IMG/VR virus record: IMGVR_UViG_3300030107_003312
Coordinates: 1 to 35,471 of that record
Length of the DNA: 35,471 nucleotides
Direction: 5' to 3' (one strand)
DNA from: a virus
Lineage: Duplodnaviria; Caudoviricetes
The translations under genes were made by a program, and so were the position numbers. The notes under the pieces are model-generated. The model did no database searches. It was not told the DNA's origin and worked only from the letters and a program-made list of their open reading frames with translations. How positions within the stretch are numbered: the stretch's first letter is position 1; every line of letters starts with the position of its first letter. Shown piece after piece: positions 9,752 through 17,611 of the stretch.

Positions 9752-11290
9752 ATGGAAACTAAGCAATTTCAAAACCTGTTAGAATCTATCATTAACCTCA
9801 ATGAAGACCACATGAAGGGTAAAACTGTAATCGTGAATGGTAAGAGAGGGTTGGTTGGAAAAGAAGTGTCTTCGGACGGCCAGACGGAGAATGACGAGGT
9901 GTACAGGGTTAAATTTGAAGACGGTAGTACCAAAGATATACCTGCTAGAGACATGGAAATCTCAGGCGATACCAAGAACAAGAAACAACCCAGTGAGAAT
10001 GAGGCTGAAGACATTGTAAATGAAATATGGGGAACAGTAGCAAAGGCAGGAGTGGCCCTCGCCAGACCGGCAGTGAAACTCGCTGGTAAGGTAGCACGAC
10101 CGGCAGCGGCAACGGCCGGCCGTGTCGTAAAGAAAGTTGCAACATCAAACACTGGAAAAGCGATTGCTAAAGATGCCGCTATTAGTGCGGCACCGGCCGT
10201 TGCGGCCAAGGGTGCCACGGCATTAAGGAATAAGTTAAGAGGAAGAACCGCCTCACAAACCTCAGAATCCGTTGAACTGGATGAATTGAGCAATAAGACA
10301 CTTGCTCATTATTTGGTAAAGGCAAGTAAATCTCTCGACGATGGTTCTGCGAAACACAAAGGCAAGAGAGCAATGGGAATGATGAAGGCACTAAAGAAAC
10401 GCCCGTTCGCGAACATTAGCAAAAAAGAATCCGTTGAACTGGATGAAGTAGGTTACATGGGTTACAGACCAAGAATTAGTGGTGAATTTCGTACAGGTCC
10501 TACCAAAGCAAAACAAAATCAACTTAAACGAAGAAACATCAATCCAAAAAAATTGGGTACAGGACATGCAATTGTGCCAGATACAATTCAGGGTAAACCA
10601 AATCCAAAACAGACCAAAGAATCCGTTGAACTGGATGAATTGAAGAAGTCCACCCTCCGAAGTTATGCAACCAAAGCAAGAACTCAAATAACAAAAGACC
10701 TTTACACGGACTTCGGGAAACACAAACCAAGCACAAACAGACGAGCAAAAGGTCTTGTGAAAGCGAAGGAAAGATTAGGTGAAGGTTCACTCGGTTATCA
10801 GAAAGCACTTCGTTCCAAAGGAAAAGAAAAAGAAGGTGTTCGTTCTGGCAACAAACGAGAGAAAGCAATGGACTTCCGCCGATGGGATGCTGAACGACAG
10901 AAAAACAAGAAGGCACATGGAACAAACGAAGACTACCAATGTCCAAAAGAAGTACAAAAACAAAATCTAAAGGGTGTTGGTGTCGGTATCCCTGCAATCA
11001 ATAATAAGAAATGGGGAACGGGTGGACTTACCAATGGTGGTAGTGATACTGCAATCGGAAGTCCTGTAGGTAATCCTGATGTAGCAAAGAAAGCAAAGAA
11101 AGCAATCAAAGAAGACATGAATAAATATGATTCATATGACGATTGGAGAAAAGCAGGATTTCCAACAAAGCAAAAGAAAAAGAAACCAATGGTAAAGGTT
11201 AAAACGAATAGAGAGATTGGATGGGAGATGAGAGATGGTGCCACTGGTAAAGTACTCAAGAAGGGTGGACCTCCTGTATTAAAGAAATGA
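9752..11290 (+). CDS. Modular basic protein, probable capsid-internal polyprotein with ESVELDE linkers
   Basis: AGGAG SD; three ESVELDE linkers separate 50-65 aa Lys/Arg-rich modules. Confidence 0.75.
   Translation: METKQFQNLLESIINLNEDHMKGKTVIVNGKRGLVGKEVSSDGQTENDEVYRVKFEDGSTKDIPARDMEISGDTKNKKQPSENEAEDIVNEIWGTVAKAGVALARPAVKLAGKVARPAAATAGRVVKKVATSNTGKAIAKDAAISAAPAVAAKGATALRNKLRGRTASQTSESVELDELSNKTLAHYLVKASKSLDDGSAKHKGKRAMGMMKALKKRPFANISKKESVELDEVGYMGYRPRISGEFRTGPTKAKQNQLKRRNINPKKLGTGHAIVPDTIQGKPNPKQTKESVELDELKKSTLRSYATKARTQITKDLYTDFGKHKPSTNRRAKGLVKAKERLGEGSLGYQKALRSKGKEKEGVRSGNKREKAMDFRRWDAERQKNKKAHGTNEDYQCPKEVQKQNLKGVGVGIPAINNKKWGTGGLTNGGSDTAIGSPVGNPDVAKKAKKAIKEDMNKYDSYDDWRKAGFPTKQKKKKPMVKVKTNREIGWEMRDGATGKVLKKGGPPVLKK
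10265..10285 (+). repeat. 21-bp repeat GAATCCGTTGAACTGGATGAA, copy 1
   Basis: Exact match to four other copies. Confidence 0.95.
10427..10447 (+). repeat. 21-bp repeat, copy 2
   Basis: Exact match. Confidence 0.95.
10619..10639 (+). repeat. 21-bp repeat, copy 3
   Basis: Exact match. Confidence 0.95.
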
Positions 11291-11357
11291 GAAAAAGAAT
11301 CGTGTGAGTCACACATAACGCATAATAATAGTAGTAAAACCACAATTACTCACACTG

Positions 11358-11391
11358 AGAAAACCTCTGAAACTTTCGGAGGTTTTTTCTT
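11358..11391 (+). terminator. Rho-independent terminator
   Basis: AAAACCTCTGAA-ACT-TTCGGAGGTTTT followed by T-rich tail. Confidence 0.8.
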
Positions 11392-11426
11392 ATTTTTAGC
11401 CATTTCTCTTATACATATTATACGGA

Positions 11427-12191
11427 ATGGCTCTTAAGACAATTTCATATTTCTTAGCAACTTTGTTATGTTTGTCGGGTTGCATTGCAACTCACACTAC
11501 GACTGTTCCTCAACAAAAAATTACAGAACCAACACCCAAACCTCCAGGTCATTTCACATACTTGTTGGGAAATTTGTGGCCTGACCCATATGAGTTTGTT
11601 GGTTCTATTAACTTTTCAGAAAACAATAAACTAATCGGTACAGGAGTATTGATTGGACCAAATTTAGTATTAACTGCCGCACATGTTCCAGAAGGCAGAG
11701 AAGACTTGGTTTGGATTGAATCAGACGGTGATAGAATTTGTGTAGAGGAAGTCATATATCATCCTGAACACGAAGAATACATTTACTACAAACACGATAT
11801 TGCCATTATAGTTCTCGAATACAACTCTGATGAGATTCCTGTTGAATTGATAAATCCAGAAACAGATTTGATTCGTAAGAGATTGCCTGTTACTACGGTG
11901 GGGCATGGCCATGGAATTAAGAGATACAGTAACCCTAGAACCTTTTGGTATTACGGTAGACTCATCTCTGCGCCACAGTTCATGGTCATGCTCCCACTCA
12001 AGGCATCGATTTGGTTTGGTGATTCTGGTGGTGCTGTATTGACAGGAGAGAATAAACTTATAGGAATAATGTCATACTTCAGTGTACATGAAGGAACGAT
12101 ATTTGAAAACGGATGCGCGAGCATTGAGTATTATAAAGATTGGATAGAGGAGATAAAAAATGAACGATTACTGGAAAGAATGGATACATAA
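11427..12191 (+). CDS. Trypsin-like (S1) serine protease, probable lipoprotein
   Basis: Catalytic triad motifs LTAAH, HDIAII, GDSGG; lipobox-like LSGC after a hydrophobic N-terminus. Confidence 0.9.
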   Translation: MALKTISYFLATLLCLSGCIATHTTTVPQQKITEPTPKPPGHFTYLLGNLWPDPYEFVGSINFSENNKLIGTGVLIGPNLVLTAAHVPEGREDLVWIESDGDRICVEEVIYHPEHEEYIYYKHDIAIIVLEYNSDEIPVELINPETDLIRKRLPVTTVGHGHGIKRYSNPRTFWYYGRLISAPQFMVMLPLKASIWFGDSGGAVLTGENKLIGIMSYFSVHEGTIFENGCASIEYYKDWIEEIKNERLLERMDT

Positions 12192-12288
12192 TAAGGTATA
12201 TCTATTATCAACGCCAACTGGTGCGATAGTAGGTATCGCTTCATTTGTTATAGGATTGCTAATAGGTAAATTTATACAAGGACTATAA
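12160..12288 (+). CDS. Small membrane protein (42 aa; not in ORF track)
   Basis: GAGGAG SD; MNDYWKEW...GAIVGIASFVIGLLIGKFIQGL. Confidence 0.6.
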   Translation: MNDYWKEWIHNKVYLLSTPTGAIVGIASFVIGLLIGKFIQGL

Positions 12289-12383
12289 TGTTAACAACGA
12301 ATACAGAATTAGCATTGGAATTTTTATTATTGATTACATTGATATTGTTAACCTGTCACATGGAAAAGGATCAAGATAAATAG
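12288..12383 (+). CDS. Small hydrophobic peptide (31 aa; not in ORF track)
   Basis: TAATG overlap, AAGGA SD; LALEFLLLITLILLTC. Confidence 0.45.
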   Translation: MLTTNTELALEFLLLITLILLTCHMEKDQDK

Positions 12384-12398
12384 TTGTAGGAGGTTCTA

Positions 12399-12968
12399 AT
12401 GATACTCGCAGGAATAGACTACAGCATGAGAAGCCCAAGTATTTGTATTTTTACTGGGACAGAGAAGGAAGCATTTACATTTGAAAGATGTAAGTTTCAT
12501 TTCCTTACAGACACAAAGAAGTATGCAGACTTCTTTCTGAAGAACATTCACGGTTCTAGATTTCAAGATTGGAACACCGAGTACCAGAGATATAAAAGTA
12601 TCGCGGACTGGGCAATGGATATACTTATGGGATGTGACCATATTGCCATTGAAGGATACTCCTACGGTTCAAAAGGAAAAGTATTTCATATTGCAGAGAA
12701 CACTGGTGTATTGAAGTATAAGATTCACATGAGTGGTGTTCCTCTCGAAGTGATTCCTCCTACCACCATTAAGAAGTTTGCCACTGGTAAAGGTAATGCA
12801 GACAAAACAACAATGCATAAGTTCTTTAGAAACGATGCAGGAGTTGACCTCAAAGAAGAGATAACCCCTGATAAATCAACAGTAGATAATCCTGTGTCAG
12901 ATATTGTAGATTCTTATTATGTTTGCAAGTACCTACATGATAAAGTACTTGACTCATATACTTTCTAG
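12399..12968 (+). CDS. RuvC-like (RNase H fold) resolvase/nuclease
   Basis: ILAGIDYS, IAIEGYSY, PTTIKKFATGKGNADK, DIVDSY; AGGAGG SD. Confidence 0.85.
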   Translation: MILAGIDYSMRSPSICIFTGTEKEAFTFERCKFHFLTDTKKYADFFLKNIHGSRFQDWNTEYQRYKSIADWAMDILMGCDHIAIEGYSYGSKGKVFHIAENTGVLKYKIHMSGVPLEVIPPTTIKKFATGKGNADKTTMHKFFRNDAGVDLKEEITPDKSTVDNPVSDIVDSYYVCKYLHDKVLDSYTF

Positions 12969-13180
12969 GACTCTTTCTTAAATGTCCTGAACACAAGCAC
13001 AAGAGCCGCAAGAACACAAATCAACCACACAGTAATCCACATCCCGTTATGGGACAGAGATTCTGTTGTTTGTTCTATAGTTTGTTGTGGAATTTTTCCT
13101 ACTGGAGTGGTTGGTTGAATCTTAATCGCATCACTACATCCAGTCAGAAACAAAAGCATAAGCAAAAATAGTTTGTTCAT
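12965..13180 (-). CDS. Small lipoprotein with C-terminal TM helix
   Basis: Lipobox LTGC; C-terminal WITVWLICVLAALVLVF plus basic tail. Confidence 0.7.
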   Translation of the reverse strand: MNKLFLLMLLFLTGCSDAIKIQPTTPVGKIPQQTIEQTTESLSHNGMWITVWLICVLAALVLVFRTFKKES

Positions 13181-13623
13181 GTCGAAGCCTTTCCAGCCGC
13201 ATTACCAAAGTAGAATCCTACAATGGTTAATAGAATTTGTCTGTTCTCTTCAGTGAACAGATAACCATATACTTCTTGGAACTTGATGCTAGTGTCACCA
13301 CCAAAGAGACCAAAGAATGAACCACTCTTCTCTGTTACTTCCACCACTGTTGGGATGTTGAAGAACGGAAGAATGAATGGTGCAAGTATCGTACCGAACA
13401 ATATGGTAACAACAATAATCCTTCGTATAATCTTGCCCGCATCTACACCTACTCGTTGAACAGCAAGGTTAGCACTTTCGTCCTGTCTCTTGGACCGTTC
13501 CATTGCTCTCTCGAATATTTCTTTTTGGTCTTTTCTTTTTTCTGATAAGTATCTGAACAGGAATCCTGTAAGACTACTTCCAATCAGAGTTAGAAACTCT
13601 GGTGTTAAAAATGATGTAAGCAT
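13177..13623 (-). CDS. Multi-TM membrane protein, putative holin
   Basis: Three hydrophobic segments; C-terminal IVGFYFG typical of 3TM holin-like proteins. Confidence 0.55.
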   Translation of the reverse strand: MLTSFLTPEFLTLIGSSLTGFLFRYLSEKRKDQKEIFERAMERSKRQDESANLAVQRVGVDAGKIIRRIIVVTILFGTILAPFILPFFNIPTVVEVTEKSGSFFGLFGGDTSIKFQEVYGYLFTEENRQILLTIVGFYFGNAAGKAST

Positions 13624-13626
13624 ATT

Positions 13627-14016
13627 TTACCTCTTCGATGGTGGAATAAGATAAGCCATTATTCCTGTAGTTGAATCTTTAATTACAATTGGTTGACCTG
13701 GATTGCGGTGGCAGTATGTTCGGATATCTTGGTTATTGATATCCTCCATGTTCATCTTCTTGTTCCATCTCTCGTATCTTATTCTACCACGCATACAATT
13801 GTTGTATTCTTCACTGGTGAGAGTGAATACAGGACACCCTGCAAACTTCTCTTGCACTTTCTTTTTCTTTCTTTTATGCATACCCATAACAGGGTCATAA
13901 CCTGCAATATGAGGACTTCCAGTCTGCGCTGCCTGACCTACACTAAAACCACCACCACCCATCGAGTTGGTGATTTCTTCTGGTAAATCGTGTAGTAATT
14001 CTTTAAATCTCTTCAT
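13627..14016 (-). CDS. Hypothetical protein with capsid-targeting-like N-terminus
   Basis: Starts MKRFKELL..EE; TATAAATA at 14022-14029 just upstream. Confidence 0.7.
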   Translation of the reverse strand: MKRFKELLHDLPEEITNSMGGGGFSVGQAAQTGSPHIAGYDPVMGMHKRKKKKVQEKFAGCPVFTLTSEEYNNCMRGRIRYERWNKKMNMEDINNQDIRTYCHRNPGQPIVIKDSTTGIMAYLIPPSKR

Positions 14017-14033
14017 ATGATTATTTATATATC

Positions 14034-15011
14034 CTATCTACTAGACTTGCGGTTTCGTTGCTTTTCCCATAATTTTTGTCGCCTTTTTTCGGAATCCGTA
14101 ACGGGAATTCCTGACTTATCATTACTTATCATCTTGACCACATCTAGTAAATCGTCAGAACAGGATTCACTATTACCATTTGCAGAGAAGCCACATTTTT
14201 CTCTCATACATCCACTAATTTTTTTCCAATAATCTGTTGTGCCGCTCACCCTGTGACCACATGGACCACCATTGTGCATCCTTGCTAAGTCTTGACATGT
14301 GAAACACATGTGACCATTGTCATTATGAGGTATAGTTCCACTTCCTCCTCTAGAACCTCCACCTGGACAATTGCATGGCGGCAGTTGACCCATACCACAG
14401 GGGTTTCTTGTGTATCTTCTTCTCCAACAGTCCATTAGTTTTTTGCTTCTTCTATCTTTCTCTTCACAGCAGGCCGCATTGTTTCCGCATGGTTGACATA
14501 ATGCACTACCAAAACCAGGATTGCACACTTCACAACAACTAGGATCGTATTGACATATGTTGACATCACATACATCTTTAACATATCCGTTCCAGTCTAT
14601 TTGATATGGTCCGCAGTCGCAATGTCTATCGCATGGACTTCCGGGTAAGCAATCTGGAACTCCATCGCAATCACTATCGAACATCCCACCAGGACGAACC
14701 CTAACTGGATTTGGTTTACCATCACCATCAGTGTCACATCTACCACAATCTGTTGCTGTTGAATCACACCCCGTGTGTTTTGAATCTGGTTTAGAGACAC
14801 CAGTAGGATTAGTATTATTATCGGGTAAAAGTACAGGAGAACCTTCGCCGCCACTCTCTTCCTGTTTTATACAGGCATCGAGACATTCCATGCAGGGACA
14901 ACAAACATTAAGACGACCATTTCCATCTTGGTTGTCTGGATTAATTGTTGTTGGTTTTGGTTTTCCATCTATATCAGTAATTTGATATTGTTTGGGTTGG
15001 TTTGAAACCAT
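14034..15011 (-). CDS. Cys-rich protein (325 aa)
   Basis: Many Cys; DTDGDGKP and DSDCDGVPD Ca-binding-like loops; CQYDPSCC. Confidence 0.75.
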   Translation of the reverse strand: MVSNQPKQYQITDIDGKPKPTTINPDNQDGNGRLNVCCPCMECLDACIKQEESGGEGSPVLLPDNNTNPTGVSKPDSKHTGCDSTATDCGRCDTDGDGKPNPVRVRPGGMFDSDCDGVPDCLPGSPCDRHCDCGPYQIDWNGYVKDVCDVNICQYDPSCCEVCNPGFGSALCQPCGNNAACCEEKDRRSKKLMDCWRRRYTRNPCGMGQLPPCNCPGGGSRGGSGTIPHNDNGHMCFTCQDLARMHNGGPCGHRVSGTTDYWKKISGCMREKCGFSANGNSESCSDDLLDVVKMISNDKSGIPVTDSEKRRQKLWEKQRNRKSSR

Positions 15012-15012
15012 T

Positions 15013-15237
15013 TTATCCCTCCCGTGACTTTCGTTCCTTCACCTGCTCTGCCACAGTTTTTTTTCTGGTGCTATTTATTCTACCATTTTTTATTTTTGCA
15101 ACAGCACTTCTTCTCTGGTCGGGAGACATTTCAGTTGGAATTTTGATTCCACTTATAGTCTTTATGGTATCAGTTTTTGGCATCCGTGAAGATTTTTGCT
15201 TTTTTCTTTTATTTCTTCCGCATCCACAACCCATCAT
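15013..15237 (-). CDS. Small basic protein (MGCGCG N-terminus)
   Basis: AGGAG SD; overlap with upstream gene. Confidence 0.7.
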   Translation of the reverse strand: MMGCGCGRNKRKKQKSSRMPKTDTIKTISGIKIPTEMSPDQRRSAVAKIKNGRINSTRKKTVAEQVKERKSREG

Positions 15238-15614
15238 ACACTCCTAGTCACATTAAGTAGTTTTTGAATTTGGAGTTCGCATTGTGTTTCTCTCTGTGCG
15301 CCAGGCCAATACAAATAATCTTTCTGTTTATTTTTCTTGAGATTTAATAGCAATGGAAGAGTGGATTTCTCTATCTCTTCCATCTTTGCTTTTAGTAGTT
15401 CATCGTATTGTTCTTTTACTTGTCCCGCACCGTCACATGTTGAATTCATCTGGAGAATCATATCCAACTTCTCTTGCATTTCTTTAATTTCATCTGGTGT
15501 TGTTGGGTCATCTAATTCTACAAGTGCGTTCAGTTCGTCTTCATCAGCGGCAGTGAAACCAAAATCAAAATCTCCCTCTAGGAATTCTTCTGGTATATCT
15601 CTATTTTGTGCCAT
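15234..15614 (-). CDS. Conserved T4-like hypothetical protein
   Basis: DFDFGFTA.DEDEL and LLNLKKN..KDYLYWP motifs; AAGGAG SD. Confidence 0.75.
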   Translation of the reverse strand: MAQNRDIPEEFLEGDFDFGFTAADEDELNALVELDDPTTPDEIKEMQEKLDMILQMNSTCDGAGQVKEQYDELLKAKMEEIEKSTLPLLLNLKKNKQKDYLYWPGAQRETQCELQIQKLLNVTRSV

Positions 15615-15616
15615 GT

Positions 15617-16069
15617 TTATTCTCCTTGCAGAAGTTCTTCAAAATCTTCGTTTGTTGCTATGGTGTCTATGTCCACTCCATTTTCAAAAAGATAATTTCT
15701 AACTTCAGTCAAAACTACATCACCATCTGCTCCTACCTTTTCTGCTTCATCCTTTAATAGAATCATTGCAGTGGGTAGGGTTTTAAGTTTTGCTTTGAAT
15801 GTTGGGTCGGGTATCTTATTCATTGCCTTCTTAAGATTAATCATCAACCTGTTAAAAGGCTTTACTGAATCTCTTTCTTTTTTAGTTTCTAGTTCATCTA
15901 CCTTCTTTAGAAACTTACCCTTAGAGTCTATGATTCCCAATTTATATGCTTCCATCTTAGTAAATGGATCTGATATGATTTTAATGAATTTAAAAACAGT
16001 AAAGGCACTTATTACTTTACCTGCATCACTCATGTCACCTGCTTCGTATAAGTTGTTTTCTTTCAACAC
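15617..16069 (-). CDS. Conserved T4-like hypothetical protein
   Basis: PFTKMEAYKLGIIDSKG motif; tight operon packing. Confidence 0.75.
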   Translation of the reverse strand: MLKENNLYEAGDMSDAGKVISAFTVFKFIKIISDPFTKMEAYKLGIIDSKGKFLKKVDELETKKERDSVKPFNRLMINLKKAMNKIPDPTFKAKLKTLPTAMILLKDEAEKVGADGDVVLTEVRNYLFENGVDIDTIATNEDFEELLQGE

Positions 16070-16449
16070 TATTTTAGTTCCTTTAACATAATGCTTATTT
16101 TATGATCTGATGGTATGTCATCTAACTTTACTTCGGGGATGGAAATTGGCAGTAGGTTTAAATATTGTAAGAACGGTTTTAAATATGAATGAAATTTATT
16201 TTCTATCTTATAAAATAATATCCTAGAACATCCTTCTGCACCAAACACATTGCTTAATATTATTATGTGATTTAATACTAACCTTTCTCTCATGGAACCT
16301 TTCTTATCATATCTACCCAACAATCTCTTTATATACTTGATTCTGTTCAAGTCCTCGTAAAATTCATCCATATCTATGCACTGAGGATTAGTGTACATCT
16401 TCATTGCATACATCATAAAATTGTTCTTGTCCAATAATTTAAAATTCAT
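16069..16449 (-). CDS. Conserved T4-like hypothetical protein
   Basis: YTNPQC...EFYEDLNRIKYIKRL...LVLNHII motif. Confidence 0.8.
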   Translation of the reverse strand: MNFKLLDKNNFMMYAMKMYTNPQCIDMDEFYEDLNRIKYIKRLLGRYDKKGSMRERLVLNHIIILSNVFGAEGCSRILFYKIENKFHSYLKPFLQYLNLLPISIPEVKLDDIPSDHKISIMLKELK

Positions 16450-16464
16450 AATAAAAAAGATTGT

Positions 16465-16935
16465 CTATTGGTTATTGGGAATTATTTTTGCGTCCATTTG
16501 ATACAAACCATTGTTCTCTTGGTAGACATCAATGGACAATGAAAGTCCTTTACCATCGTTAAACTCTGCGATGTTATCTCCCTTATAGAATCCTTGATTT
16601 AGGTCATGGGTGGGAGTAGTTCCGAAAGAGCCTCCCCATCTGTTTAGGGGTAGATTTATATTCTCTTCGGGTGTGAATTCAGACTTTGAATTCCATTCAA
16701 AATCTAAACCTGCCAAATTCAATTTATGTCTAATGGTAGCAATAGCAGACTTTGGTTCTAGAAATTCCATCTGGGTAAATGCGTTTAGAAAGGCATTTAA
16801 TCTACCTACCTGCTCAGGGTGTTCGATTCTATGGACTCCAAAATCACTGTGTGCGCTTCTTGATGCACCACCAACAGTCTCTTGACCCTCGATGATGGCG
16901 TCCATTTTTTCTTGTAATTGTTTATAAGTCTTCAT
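16465..16935 (-). CDS. Hypothetical protein with capsid-targeting-like N-terminus
   Basis: Starts MKTYKQLQE; GGAG SD. Confidence 0.75.
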   Translation of the reverse strand: MKTYKQLQEKMDAIIEGQETVGGASRSAHSDFGVHRIEHPEQVGRLNAFLNAFTQMEFLEPKSAIATIRHKLNLAGLDFEWNSKSEFTPEENINLPLNRWGGSFGTTPTHDLNQGFYKGDNIAEFNDGKGLSLSIDVYQENNGLYQMDAKIIPNNQ

Positions 16936-16969
16936 GTTTTTCTCCAGTAAAGTTAGTTTACATTACTAT

Positions 16970-17611
16970 TTATTGTTTTTCTGGTCCTGGTATTTCTTGT
17001 TCTAACTGTATTTCTATAAGATTTCTTGCTTCTGCTATCTCTGCAACCATCTCTTCTTCTTCTATTAAGTCGGTTTTCGTCCAACTACACCATTGGGACA
17101 TCACATATCCAATTACCATTCCCCTTCTTCTCAGAGGAAGGAAAGAAAAAGCCACTACATTGCTGTTTTCCATGAACTGTTTGCACCACGAATCTTCCAT
17201 ATCCGATACCATATACAATTGAGGGTCATCTTGCAATAAGAGGGTTAATCCATCTATGCACATGGAGAGAAGTAAATCTTTCTTGATAGACATTTCAGAG
17301 GACACACCCTTCTCCAACGATTCGTGTGTCAGTGACATCTTCTTCATAGAGATACCGTCTAGGAAATTACCAGTGTTGTGGAATTGTACCAATTGTGCCC
17401 TTGCACAGTCAGTTTTCACCCTCAATTCAGTAAGAGTCTCATGCACTCTGGTGTGTGTTTGCCAGAAGCATGAGTCAGGAAATTGTAGTTTTTCTTTTTC
17501 AGCAAGTAGCATTATTTTTTTCCCTTTCAGTAACTTATGTATGCCAAATGCCACTCCGACACAAATTGCAACAGCAGTTACCCCTAATTCAAACCAATTT
17601 ACCAGACTCAT
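16970..17611 (-). CDS. Single-TM membrane protein with GAF-like soluble domain
   Basis: N-terminal TM; RAQLVQFHN...THE..EKGVS...FLPL...IGYV pattern. Confidence 0.7.
   Translation of the reverse strand: MSLVNWFELGVTAVAICVGVAFGIHKLLKGKKIMLLAEKEKLQFPDSCFWQTHTRVHETLTELRVKTDCARAQLVQFHNTGNFLDGISMKKMSLTHESLEKGVSSEMSIKKDLLLSMCIDGLTLLLQDDPQLYMVSDMEDSWCKQFMENSNVVAFSFLPLRRRGMVIGYVMSQWCSWTKTDLIEEEEMVAEIAEARNLIEIQLEQEIPGPEKQ

Noticed and set aside
10265-10639. 21-bp repeats as a CRISPR array
   Set aside because: Spacers are 141 and 171 nt, in frame within a CDS, and no cas operon is present
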